From a virus (Duplodnaviria > Heunggongvirae > Uroviricota > Caudoviricetes), in IMG/VR virus record IMGVR_UViG_2778261545_000004: a stretch of DNA of 40,808 nt; one strand, written 5' to 3'. Positions 1 through 8,148 of this stretch are shown one piece after another; the first letter of the stretch is position 1, and each line of letters begins with the position of its first letter. The position numbers and the translations under genes are program-made. Under the pieces are notes generated by a model, which made no database searches, was not told the origin of the DNA, and saw only the letters and a program-made list of their open reading frames with translations.

Positions 1-465
1 TCACTTTGATTCAATTTTGAAACTTTTTTTAACCACTAAAATCATGCAGCTAATCACTTCTGCAATGAGGTTAAGAGATAGCACGATAGCAAAAAGTTCT
101 AAAGCAGTAAATAGCTTGCCTTTAGAAGGGATAAATTCGTGCTGAGGATAATTTACTAGTGGTATGTCATAATTACGTAAATAGGGAAGGAAGATTGTTA
201 CTGCCAGACACATGACCAGTAATTTCAAATCTAATTCTAAACTATCTAAATAGTCCGTAAAGTCTGTGCTTTTCTCGCCCTTATTAATGACAGCCAAAAT
301 TCCGAAGATAACGGAGATACCTGCGGCAATACCTCCAAGTATTGAACCTATTACTCCAGCAGAAGCCTGCTCAAGTAAGGTATAAATGGTTTTATCAGTC
401 GATGCTAATGCTAAGCACAAAAAGAAGGTAGCTATAGCTTTAATCCAGACAGTTAGATTTTGCAT
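1..465 (-). CDS. Small integral membrane protein, four predicted TM helices (second gene of int-proximal cargo operon)
   Basis: 154 aa ORF with four hydrophobic stretches; ATG at 463-465 lies inside the 3' end of the upstream gene (26-nt overlap, translational coupling); AT-rich. Confidence 0.55.
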   Translation of the reverse strand: MQNLTVWIKAIATFFLCLALASTDKTIYTLLEQASAGVIGSILGGIAAGISVIFGILAVINKGEKSTDFTDYLDSLELDLKLLVMCLAVTIFLPYLRNYDIPLVNYPQHEFIPSKGKLFTALELFAIVLSLNLIAEVISCMILVVKKSFKIESK

Positions 466-1336
466 TTTTGAACGTATACCTGTTTTGATGTAATGCTATG
501 ATCTCTTTAATATCATTTGCTGAGTAGCCATCAAGTTCAATTTCTGATATCTCACCTTCGATCAGCACGATTTTGGCTGTCTGATTACTGGATACCGTAG
601 TAGATTTTGACTTGAGTGTCTTACGTCCTTTAATCAACCATGACCCGCCACCATCTTTGACCCAGTCAACAAGAGTCTCAGCCCAATGAGAACCTTTGAG
701 TTTCAAATTGCCATCTTTGTTTTCAAAAATAGTGGTCACAGTATTTGCATTGGTATCTTTTTCAAGCTTCCGTAAATCATTGGTTAACGCTTGCTTACTG
801 CTTCCGAAGATATTCGGAGTAATCAGCGTAAAGCTGACTTTGTCGATAAATTGAAGCCTATGGTATTCTGACCAAAAATCTTCCATTTCAAGACAAGGCT
901 CTATAAATATTCTAAGTCCTAACTGAGCCAAATAGTCGTTATTGGCTAGATCTTCAAACGCTTTAGCAACTTGTTGCGCATCCTTGAAAACAGCGGTTTT
1001 CCTCTCAACCAGTAACACCTGCTCTACTTTGTCCCAAATCCATACGATAGGTGGATAGTTGTCTACATCGTACTCTCGAAAGTCTTTATCATGTCCTTTA
1101 ATCTTTTGCAGCTTTGATATGACTCCAGCCATAACACCATCAGTAGGTTTTATGCTCAATTTCAGGGTGTAACTAGTTTTCTTATGAACGGAAGGTGTTG
1201 ATGACGTCATGTGTAAATTTTTTGCAGCGATAACCATAGCATTTTCAAAATGAGAGATATCTTTCTGAACAGTTCCTTTCGAAAAGAGGTCTGGATCGCG
1301 CGGTCTCATTAACACACGTAAGGCATACAACTGCAT
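440..1336 (-). CDS. Hypothetical soluble protein, 298 aa (first gene of int-proximal cargo operon)
   Basis: Long ORF with AGGAG 7 nt upstream of ATG; AT-rich relative to phage core; no family recognised by eye. Confidence 0.6.
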   Translation of the reverse strand: MQLYALRVLMRPRDPDLFSKGTVQKDISHFENAMVIAAKNLHMTSSTPSVHKKTSYTLKLSIKPTDGVMAGVISKLQKIKGHDKDFREYDVDNYPPIVWIWDKVEQVLLVERKTAVFKDAQQVAKAFEDLANNDYLAQLGLRIFIEPCLEMEDFWSEYHRLQFIDKVSFTLITPNIFGSSKQALTNDLRKLEKDTNANTVTTIFENKDGNLKLKGSHWAETLVDWVKDGGGSWLIKGRKTLKSKSTTVSSNQTAKIVLIEGEISEIELDGYSANDIKEIIALHQNRYTFKNAKSNCLD

Positions 1337-1365
1337 AAGAAAACTCCTGTAAACTATTTGGTTTC

Positions 1366-1393
1366 ATTATTCCATAAAACCAAGCACTTTCAA
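1366..1393 (-). promoter_or_regulatory. Candidate sigma70 promoter for the cargo operon (-35 TTGAAA, 16-bp spacer, -10 AATAAT on minus strand)
   Basis: Hexamers read directly on the reverse strand, about 30-55 nt upstream of the 440-1336 start. Confidence 0.35.
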
Positions 1394-1414
1394 GAGCTTA
1401 ATTTTCTTTCAATT

Positions 1415-1430
1415 CTGTATGCATATACAG
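1415..1430. promoter_or_regulatory. LexA (SOS) box-like palindrome CTGTATGCATATACAG
   Basis: Fits CTGT-N8-ACAG with AT-rich spacer; sits between int stop and the cargo operon promoter. Confidence 0.35.
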
Positions 1431-1451
1431 TATCATTCAATTTTGTAAAAT

Positions 1452-2579
1452 TCAAACCTTGATTTTTGCCCATTCCTTACCACGATCATCATGGTATTTA
1501 GCTGTCTGGTTAGGCGATTTATGTCCCAGAAGTTTTTGGGTGTCGACGCCCTGAGCTTCGTAAAGTCGCTCAGATAAAGATCTTTGTTCATGGAATGTGG
1601 CGGGCGAACCTTCACCCCAGTCAATGCCTGCTAAATCCCTCGCTTTACTGAAATTCATCGTCAATGTATTGGCTTTTACTTGCGCGCCACGTTCAGCCTG
1701 TGAAGTAGTACGAAAAAAATGTACAAGGTATGGGCTGACTGCATAGTCACGGCAGCGGGCTACTACATCGCGTAAACTCCAGTTAATTGCATTGAGGCGA
1801 AGGGAAAGCGGGATGGCGATTTTGCTCCCGGTTTTTTCTTGGATGACGTGAAGATGATCATCCCAAATATCGCTAAATTTCATACGTGAGATATCACCTA
1901 ACCGTTGGCCGGTAACCAGTGCTAACAGCATGGCATTCCCCATATAACGATGGCGGGCATCTGCGATATCAAAGATTTTTTGCCATTCTTCAAGACTTAA
2001 CCGTTGTCGGGTAATTTTTCTTCTGGGTTGTTTGGTTGCCAGTGCTGGATTATAGCCCGGAGGGACTTCCCCATAGTGTTGTGCCTCCTTGAATACATCA
2101 ATTAGAACGGAGCGGACTACTTGCGCCATCCTCGGTTGCCCGGCAGTGATATACTCGTCAAGTAATTGTGCTATATCCCTTACATCAACTGATGAAATTA
2201 ATTTCATTCCTGCTCGTTCCCTGAGCAAGGATACTGGTTTGGCTTTCTGTTTATAGGTGTTTAGCTTTATATCGCCACTTTCCAGTCTGTCATCCTGGAT
2301 TGCTTGATAGCGATCTAACCAGGTTGACGTTGTGATTGCTTTTCCTTTGCTGGTTGCGATCCTGTCACTGATAGCCAGAATCTGCCGGGTTCTTTGCTCA
2401 GCCAGGCGTGAATTTGCCTCAGTGGCAATAGCAATGGCTTCAGCTTCGTTTGTGCCTAAAGAATGAAACTTCCCGGTCACTGGATGTTTATATCGCCAAT
2501 AGACTTTATTTACTTTTCTACTATAAAGCGGATACAAGTTCGGGACTGAAACATTATTTTTACGTGGTCTGGCTGCCAT
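1452..2579 (-). CDS. int: Tyrosine-type phage integrase
   Basis: 375 aa; typical integrase N-terminal arm and C-terminal catalytic region; overlapped by xis at its 5' end. Confidence 0.9.
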   Translation of the reverse strand: MAARPRKNNVSVPNLYPLYSRKVNKVYWRYKHPVTGKFHSLGTNEAEAIAIATEANSRLAEQRTRQILAISDRIATSKGKAITTSTWLDRYQAIQDDRLESGDIKLNTYKQKAKPVSLLRERAGMKLISSVDVRDIAQLLDEYITAGQPRMAQVVRSVLIDVFKEAQHYGEVPPGYNPALATKQPRRKITRQRLSLEEWQKIFDIADARHRYMGNAMLLALVTGQRLGDISRMKFSDIWDDHLHVIQEKTGSKIAIPLSLRLNAINWSLRDVVARCRDYAVSPYLVHFFRTTSQAERGAQVKANTLTMNFSKARDLAGIDWGEGSPATFHEQRSLSERLYEAQGVDTQKLLGHKSPNQTAKYHDDRGKEWAKIKV

Positions 2580-2805
2580 TACTTAAAATCCTTTGTAGAA
2601 TAATAGAATCATTTTTCTTGATGACAGGAGTAATTAATTCCCCAACTAACTCTGCGTCCTCACGCACTCGCCATAGTCGACCTTGTTTCATTGCCGGTGG
2701 ACAAAATAAATTCTGCTTAGCATAACGACGCAATGTGGACACGCTTGGAGGATTACTTCTGTATTTTTCCGCAGCCCATTCCTCAAGTGTCAGCATTTGA
2801 AGCAT
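2560..2805 (-). CDS. xis: Excisionase
   Basis: Small basic protein (MLQMLTLEEWAAEKY...) overlapping the int start; start chosen at ATG 2805 with GAGG upstream (ORF track starts at 2820). Confidence 0.75.
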   Translation of the reverse strand: MLQMLTLEEWAAEKYRSNPPSVSTLRRYAKQNLFCPPAMKQGRLWRVREDAELVGELITPVIKKNDSIILQRILSNGSQTT

Positions 2806-2848
2806 TTTTGATAACCTCATTTCTTTTGCTACAAAACTATTTCACTAG

Positions 2849-3397
2849 TTAATTTCGCTGTCTGGATTGTTTATGCATCTTATGCAGCTCTTTAAAGCGT
2901 TCCATAAACATCCCGTAGGCATGGCCCGGTGCCAGTGGAATCACGTTGAACATCTCTGTTGCCGGGATGCCTTCCAGTACAGGCCAGAAAGAGCCATCAT
3001 CAAGCCCGAGATCGCGGCGTTCGGTTGCCAGCATGATGAGATCGGCATATTTCACGGGCGTACTCATAACCGGGGGTAACCCGTATTTCTCACGGATTAC
3101 GGCGTCTATTTTTTCTTCCATCTGTTTATAGTCAGGAAGAAGGCGTTTCAGTGGAGCGGGGATGTCCTGGCAATACACTTCTGTTGCATCATGCATTAAC
3201 GCTTCAAAAGCAAATTCCTGCGGTACCAGTTGGCTGCAAAGAACCGCATGTTGGGCGACGCTGTAGAAGTGTGAAAGATGTCCTGCAAAGCGACAGATAT
3301 TTGAAAGGGAAAACGCGATATCGTTAATAACGATATCGTCTTTATTTATCCTGTCATAATAAAAATGCTTCCCAGAAAAAGTTTTAATAAATGACAT
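2849..3397 (-). CDS. HD-domain phosphohydrolase (YfdR-like 5'-deoxynucleotidase)
   Basis: 182 aa from ATG 3397 (GGAG upstream); H..HD metal-binding signature (FAGHLSHF...HDATE); ORF-track N-terminal extension rejected. Confidence 0.7.
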   Translation of the reverse strand: MSFIKTFSGKHFYYDRINKDDIVINDIAFSLSNICRFAGHLSHFYSVAQHAVLCSQLVPQEFAFEALMHDATEVYCQDIPAPLKRLLPDYKQMEEKIDAVIREKYGLPPVMSTPVKYADLIMLATERRDLGLDDGSFWPVLEGIPATEMFNVIPLAPGHAYGMFMERFKELHKMHKQSRQRN

Positions 3398-3491
3398 TTT
3401 GTTCTCCACGTTATTTGCGCTGCACCGCACTGAATTCTGGTAAAAGGAAGCCCTCACCATCCGGCGATTATTGAGTTAATTACGTTTCCAT

Positions 3492-3513
3492 AAATGCCCC
3501 CGCAGGGGCATTT
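3492..3513 (-). terminator. Stem-loop downstream of the YfdQ-like gene (AAATGCCCC-CGCA-GGGGCATTT)
   Basis: Perfect 9-bp inverted repeat read directly; weak U-tract, so a weak terminator or processing site. Confidence 0.3.
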
Positions 3514-3525
3514 GCAGTAATCAAA

Positions 3526-4350
3526 TCAGGCGGTGAAAGTACCAATAAAGGTTTCTACTTTGCTGTCTTTGAATTTCTCAACAAGCAGATCGCGAAATTC
3601 GTTAGCCATTTCTTCCTGCACCGCCTCCAGCTGAATAATGCGCAGAACAAGTACAGGACGATCGCCAGTGATAATGCTGAGGCGTAATTTAAAAGAACGT
3701 TCTTTCAGACCTTCAAACGGAACGCATTTAAATTCAAATGCCACTGGCATAATGTCTTTGGTCTTCGCTTCGACAGACTCCATCAGGGAGCGTTTGCCGC
3801 TGAAGTCATTGTCTTCAAAATCAGCAGTCTGGTTCGCTTCAATTGTGATTTTACGGATCGCCGCAGCCGCTTTGGTTGCCTGAATGGCGTCACCATTAGC
3901 ATCAAAGCCCACAAGGTTGTCGGCCCAGTCTTCAATCCATTCTGCCAGTGATTTCTGGGAGTTACGCTCGCCGTGAACAGACAACAGAGCAGAGAACGGT
4001 GCTGTCTTTTTCAGTTTGAGAGTGGCGGTGTTATCTGCGTGGCCTGGTTCATCAATAGTACCCAGGTTAAGCACACTGACGGCACGCATATTATCAGCAT
4101 CGATAAAGCAGCGGGTGCCTTCATCTGCAAGATCTTTAGAATAACGGGTAAAGTCATCAATGCTGGCAGTGGAAAGCGCACCACGGAAACGGAAGCGATT
4201 TAAATTAAATTTTTCCAGGTCATGAATGCGGAAATTCTCAGGCAATGCCACAGCATCGGCACCAATCTTACTGATAATTTCATTAACACCCTGAGCAGAA
4301 ATAAGGGCATGGATTTGATTAATTGCGGTTGCGTCTAAGTTCTGAGACAT
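3526..4350 (-). CDS. YfdQ-family prophage protein (function unknown)
   Basis: 274 aa; same length and gene order as the yfdP-yfdQ-yfdR block of E. coli prophage remnants (from memory, not searched). Confidence 0.6.
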   Translation of the reverse strand: MSQNLDATAINQIHALISAQGVNEIISKIGADAVALPENFRIHDLEKFNLNRFRFRGALSTASIDDFTRYSKDLADEGTRCFIDADNMRAVSVLNLGTIDEPGHADNTATLKLKKTAPFSALLSVHGERNSQKSLAEWIEDWADNLVGFDANGDAIQATKAAAAIRKITIEANQTADFEDNDFSGKRSLMESVEAKTKDIMPVAFEFKCVPFEGLKERSFKLRLSIITGDRPVLVLRIIQLEAVQEEMANEFRDLLVEKFKDSKVETFIGTFTA

Positions 4351-4415
4351 AATAAGTCCTCACTATATAAAGATATTCAGTGATGAGATAAATAATCAGT
4401 TAATTAAAAACGATA

Positions 4416-4778
4416 TTAACGACCTGCTGCGCGGAGTTTTCCGTCAGGTTCACCGGCAAGAGTCAGTAACTGTCCCTGGTCTTCCTGCAGAATAGTCAGG
4501 CGACCACCGCGATTGACATACATCGGCGTTTCGGTGGTGTCTTCTTCGGAAATTTTCCCGCGGTTAGTCGGGCGAACATATGAGAGTTTGTGTTTGATTT
4601 TCACACGGTTCTCATCAAATGGTTCGATTTCCAGGTTGAGTGAGACCTTACCTTTGGTTTTCGTGTTCATCACACCGGAAGCGACTTCACTGAGAACTGC
4701 GCCGATTTTGGTTTCAAATACGCCGCCGTCCAGCTCCCCGATAAATGCCTGCACATCAGTACTGCGTTCGCTAGCCAT
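4416..4778 (-). CDS. YfdP-like small prophage protein
   Basis: 120 aa from ATG 4776-4778 with GAGGAG 7 nt upstream; the ORF-track extension to 5096 is rejected. Confidence 0.5.
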   Translation of the reverse strand: MASERSTDVQAFIGELDGGVFETKIGAVLSEVASGVMNTKTKGKVSLNLEIEPFDENRVKIKHKLSYVRPTNRGKISEEDTTETPMYVNRGGRLTILQEDQGQLLTLAGEPDGKLRAAGR

Positions 4779-4789
4779 TTTGCTGCTCC

Positions 4790-5110
4790 TCATCATATCG
4801 ACCCTGCAAGGCCGATTAGTTTCTCCACAAAACAGAGAAGAACACCTGCGGTGGCAGCCGCCCGGATGGATTGGGTTATGAGCCCGTCGTCCGGTGATGC
4901 TCTTCTCTGTTTTGTAAAAAGGACGGTACCAGCCGGAAGCAAGGGTACAAACTGGTACCGCCAGGACTACACACAGCATAAAGTTGTGGTGCCGGGTGCC
5001 TCCCGGTGCCTGGCGAAGGTTGCACACCAGGCGGGTGGGTATCCACAGAAGGTCGACTGTCAGCCTCAACCTTAACCCGCGTGCGCTGAGCCGCATTCAC
5101 CACAACGCTA
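4790..5110. other. GC-rich non-coding block with nested perfect inverted repeats (candidate structured RNA or DNA element)
   Basis: 14-bp perfect inverted repeat CAAAACAGAGAAGA / TCTTCTCTGTTTTG (4827-4840 and 4901-4914), 9-bp inverted repeat CGGTACCAG / CTGGTACCG (4924-4932 and 4952-4960); ORFs open in several frames but none protein-like. Confidence 0.3.
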
Positions 5111-5179
5111 AGGATTCTCTCTGGTTGAAAATACTTAGCTGTTATGTGCCTGCTTTTAGCCACATCAGGCGAGGTGGAC

Positions 5180-5231
5180 CTGGTTATTCCCCAACAACAA
5201 GGATTCGGTTAATCTGGTTATCCCCAACAAC
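5180..5231 (+). repeat. Direct repeat pair CTGGTTAT(T)CCCCAACAAC upstream of the 5247 moron
   Basis: Copies at 5180-5198 and 5214-5231, 34 bp apart, 15-65 nt upstream of the ATG. Confidence 0.6.
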
Positions 5232-5246
5232 GCAAAAGGAAAAGAA

Positions 5247-5681
5247 ATGTCCGGTAATATCTATACGCTGTACAAATCCCACTGTGAAAATGTTGGAAAG
5301 TATCGGGGCATTGAAATCAGTGGGGTAGTGTCATCAGTCGAAATAAGCAAAGTTGAATCAAGGGCAACATTACTTACTCTTTTGGACCTTGTCTTACATG
5401 AGCACCGGAAGAAATTCGGCACTCCCTATAATCAGTTGAATGGGAAAAAGGCTCTGGTTCACCTTATTCTGATGAAGCATCACTGGATGCCAAAACAGAT
5501 TAATGAGATGAAATTTGATGAACTTCTTCTTTCAATTCAGGATGAACTCACACTTGATAAAATAAGCGTAACCGCCCAGAAATTTTTAGATTATCGAGAC
5601 TGGAGATCACAAATTCATCACTTTGATGATTTTGACGAAAATGAATGGGATCCTAATTTGTCTGCACAATATCTAAAGTAA
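5247..5681 (+). CDS. Hypothetical protein, 144 aa (opposite-strand moron in the early-left region)
   Basis: AAGGAAAAG RBS, AT-rich, transcribed against the leftward early operon; no family recognised. Confidence 0.55.
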   Translation: MSGNIYTLYKSHCENVGKYRGIEISGVVSSVEISKVESRATLLTLLDLVLHEHRKKFGTPYNQLNGKKALVHLILMKHHWMPKQINEMKFDELLLSIQDELTLDKISVTAQKFLDYRDWRSQIHHFDDFDENEWDPNLSAQYLK

Positions 5682-5859
5682 CATCCTGTGATAAAACCGT
5701 GATTTCCTGATCCAGTTTTTTTAAGGAGTCTATTGTTTCCTGTCGATAAGACAGCACTTCACGAAGCTGGTTTATAGCTGCCAGCTTCTTTGTCATCCAC
5801 TCATAAATTTCCTCATCTGTGTAGCCAGGCGCGACGATTTTGGGTTCTGTTTTGTGCAT
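5653..5859 (-). CDS. Small hypothetical protein, first gene of the leftward early operon
   Basis: 68 aa from the ATG preceded by AGGAG with 7-nt spacer; convergent 29-nt overlap with the 5247-5681 gene. Confidence 0.4.
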   Translation of the reverse strand: MHKTEPKIVAPGYTDEEIYEWMTKKLAAINQLREVLSYRQETIDSLKKLDQEITVLSQDVTLDIVQTN

Positions 5860-5918
5860 TTCACATCTCCTCAAGTTATCAGTTACTTGTTGATGGGGAC
5901 CAGATTGTTAAAGAGCTA

Positions 5919-5945
5919 AGCGTCCTGTAGGGCGCTTTTTTGTTG
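5919..5945 (+). terminator. Rho-independent terminator-like hairpin with T6 tract
   Basis: AGCGTCC-TGTA-GGGCGCT followed by TTTTTTGTTG; more stable on plus strand (G-U pair). Confidence 0.4.
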
Positions 5946-6107
5946 CTAACGAATCATCCTGGACTTCATATGCCCCAGGCGGCTACTTCGTGGGCGTCCT
6001 GCCTGTTCGTTTTTGACATTTACTGACTGCTTACGACACATGCACCGTGTTGCAACCAGATTTTGTTGTAATCCTGTAGTTGGTCTGGAACAAAAGATAA
6101 AATTAAA

Positions 6108-6143
6108 TTGCGAGATATGCAAGTGATATTTGCGAGATATGCA
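6108..6143. promoter_or_regulatory. OL-like operators: two copies of TTGCGAGATATGCAA
   Basis: Identical 15-mers at 6108-6122 and 6129-6143, centres 21 bp apart, between the repressor 3' end and the leftward genes. Confidence 0.45.
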
Positions 6144-6152
6144 AATTTATAG

Positions 6153-6178
6153 GTAATAAAAAGCCACCTTTCGGTGGC
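6153..6178 (-). terminator. Rho-independent terminator downstream of the repressor gene
   Basis: On minus strand GCCACC-GAAA-GGTGGC followed by UUUUUAUU, immediately after the stop at 6199. Confidence 0.6.
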
Positions 6179-6198
6179 CGATGGATGGGATATTGAGG

Positions 6199-6891
6199 TT
6201 AATTATGTCTCTTAAGGGTTTGCGACTGACTGATTAAGACCTTTCCAAAGACCATGAATCGGTGTTCGTTTTCGCTAGTAATTCCCCATTCACGGTAAAT
6301 CTGGTTATCAGAAATCACCAGCAGTTTGTCAGGAATCATTTGAAGTCTTTTAACGTATATTTTGTCATCAAAACCAAAGACATATATACCATCACCATCA
6401 AACTGATTGATGCTGACATCAACGAAGATGAGATCTCCTGGCTCAATGGTTGGACACATACTGTCCCCACGAACGTTGATAACTTTGATGTGATTGGCTG
6501 GTCGTCCGCCGAACATTGATACAGCATTATCAGTTCTGTATTCGATGGCATGAATCACATCAATGACATCACCGCCCTGGATAAGGCCATTTCCCGCACT
6601 GGCACTGATATCCAGCATTTCAATACGGAACACATCCTTCACCTGCGCAACATCCTCATTATTACTGTTTTTATATACAGTATTACTTTTGTGGGCAGAG
6701 GTAAAGAGATCAGCAATATCAACACCTAAGCTCTTGGCAATATTACTCAGTGTTTGTTCGGTAAATTGTTTTTGCTTACCCGTTTCTAAGCGCGAGATGT
6801 TCGCCGCATCTACTCCTATCGCTTCAGCGAGATCGGCGATTTTCATGTTCTTCGCTTGGCGAAGTTGTCTGACTCGGTTTCCTATGTTCAT
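6199..6891 (-). CDS. CI-like prophage repressor (HTH domain plus S24 LexA-like autopeptidase domain)
   Basis: 230 aa; N-terminal HTH, C-terminal peptidase region with the conserved Ser (GDSMCP) and Lys (VKRL); divergent from a Cro-like gene. Confidence 0.9.
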   Translation of the reverse strand: MNIGNRVRQLRQAKNMKIADLAEAIGVDAANISRLETGKQKQFTEQTLSNIAKSLGVDIADLFTSAHKSNTVYKNSNNEDVAQVKDVFRIEMLDISASAGNGLIQGGDVIDVIHAIEYRTDNAVSMFGGRPANHIKVINVRGDSMCPTIEPGDLIFVDVSINQFDGDGIYVFGFDDKIYVKRLQMIPDKLLVISDNQIYREWGITSENEHRFMVFGKVLISQSQTLKRHN

Positions 6892-6911
6892 GCGTTTATT
6901 ACATTTCTTTA

Positions 6912-6974
6912 TTGCGTGATAAGCAAATCAACTTGCGCAAAATAATTGCGTGAAATAACATGCATAACGCGCAA
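6912..6974. promoter_or_regulatory. OR-like operator region between repressor and cro
   Basis: TTGCGTGATAAGCAA (6912-6926) and ATGCATAACGCGCAA (6960-6974) share the TTGC-N7-GCAA architecture of the OL copies. Confidence 0.45.
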
Positions 6975-6988
6975 TATTTGGAGGGCGT

Positions 6989-7249
6989 ATGCAATCACCA
7001 TTACGAAATGTGCGTAAGGCGCATGGTTTCACTTTGCAGCATGTTGCTGCGGGTGTTCAAATCAATCCAGCGACGTTGAGTCGTATTGAGAGGCTGGAGC
7101 AGATTCCATCTATCGAGCTTGCAGAACGTTTAGCCAATTTTTTTAAGGGTGAAGTCAGCGAAATGCAGATTCTTTATCCGGCACGTTTTCAATCTAGCCA
7201 AAACCAGAATGGGTTTAAACCACAGGAACAGGAGGTGAACCGTGGGTAA
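6989..7249 (+). CDS. Cro-like HTH transcriptional regulator
   Basis: 86 aa, HTH (GFTLQHVAAGVQINPATLSRIER), divergent from the repressor; GGAGG upstream. Confidence 0.8.
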   Translation: MQSPLRNVRKAHGFTLQHVAAGVQINPATLSRIERLEQIPSIELAERLANFFKGEVSEMQILYPARFQSSQNQNGFKPQEQEVNRG

Positions 7250-7793
7250 GCATCACTGGAAAGTAGAAAAACAGCCTGAGTGGTACGTGAAAGCTGTCAG
7301 AAAAACTATCGCAAAGTTGCCGGGTGGTTACGCTGAAGCAGCTGACTGGCTGGATGTAACAGAGAACGCATTATTTAACCGCCTTCGTGCCGATGGCGAT
7401 CAGATTTTCCCGCTGGGATGGGCAATGGTTTTGCAACGTGCTGGTGGAACTCACTTCATTGCTGACGCTGTGGCGCAGTCTGCAAATGGCGTCTTTGTGT
7501 CTCTTCCTGATGTCGAGGATGTGGACAACGCCGATATCAACCAACGCCTGCTGGAGGTCATTGAACAGATCGGCAGTTATTCAAAACAGATTCGTTCAGC
7601 AATTGAAGACGGTGTAGTGGAACCGCATGAGAAGACAGCAATTAACGACGAGCTGTACCTCTCAATTTCGAAGCTGCAGGAGCATGCAGCACTGGTCTAC
7701 AAAATCTTTTGCGTTTCAGAAAGTAGTGACGCCCGCGAGTGTGCAGCTCCGGGCGCCGTGGCGTGTCGTGACTGTGGAGAAACTAACGCATGA
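7242..7793 (+). CDS. Early regulatory protein (CII-like / YmfL-like)
   Basis: 183 aa, GTG start with AGGAGGTGA upstream, overlaps cro stop; position immediately after cro. Confidence 0.55.
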   Translation: MGKHHWKVEKQPEWYVKAVRKTIAKLPGGYAEAADWLDVTENALFNRLRADGDQIFPLGWAMVLQRAGGTHFIADAVAQSANGVFVSLPDVEDVDNADINQRLLEVIEQIGSYSKQIRSAIEDGVVEPHEKTAINDELYLSISKLQEHAALVYKIFCVSESSDARECAAPGAVACRDCGETNA

Positions 7794-8128
7794 ACAGTTT
7801 AACAACACACTACCGTCGCTCGCAACTGATTGCGCTTCCTGTACCGGGTGGAAAAGCGAAGGTGGAGTATTGCTATGCAGTAAATGTACCAGGTGACAGG
7901 GAAATTGTAACCCACAGCTTTGCTGAGTGGGCTGTGGGTGATTTCAACCGGCAGAAGGAGACAGTCCTTTGCGACAAGTTAACCGCTGGTTCAAAGATCA
8001 CTACGGAGTGCCCGTCAGAGTCATTCGTTGGGAGCCGGAAACACAACGAGTTATCTACCTCCGCGAAGGCTATGAGCATGAGTGCTTCAGCCCGCTCGAA
8101 CAGTTTCGTCGTAAATTCAGGGAAATAG
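7790..8128 (+). CDS. Hypothetical ORF (frame uncertain; see finding on frame switch)
   Basis: ATGA stop-start overlap with the upstream gene; N-terminal half looks protein-like, C-terminal half is Ser/Thr-rich and looks out of frame. Confidence 0.3.
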   Translation: MNSLTTHYRRSQLIALPVPGGKAKVEYCYAVNVPGDREIVTHSFAEWAVGDFNRQKETVLCDKLTAGSKITTECPSESFVGSRKHNELSTSAKAMSMSASARSNSFVVNSGK

Positions 8129-8148
8129 AGGTCGGTCATGAGCACTAA
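7969..8148 (+). CDS. Alternative small ORF in the neighbouring frame (TTG start), 59 aa
   Basis: AAGGAG 9 nt upstream of TTG; translation [32 protein letters not shown]... is protein-like; below the ORF-track length cutoff. Confidence 0.3.
   Translation: MRQVNRWFKDHYGVPVRVIRWEPETQRVIYLREGYEHECFSPLEQFRRKFREIEVGHEH

Noticed and set aside
1337-1451. tRNA gene as integration target next to the integrase
   Set aside because: No tRNA-like GC-rich cloverleaf sequence is seen; the icd fragment at the right junction shows the target is a protein-coding 3' end.
4779-5096. N-terminal extension of the YfdP-like ORF (ORF track 4416-5096, 226 aa)
   Set aside because: A GAGGAG RBS sits 7 nt upstream of the internal ATG at 4778, and the extension runs through GC-rich inverted-repeat DNA with a non-protein-like translation.
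4790-5110. Retron msr/msd interpretation of the inverted-repeat-flanked structured block
   Set aside because: No reverse transcriptase gene is adjacent on either strand.
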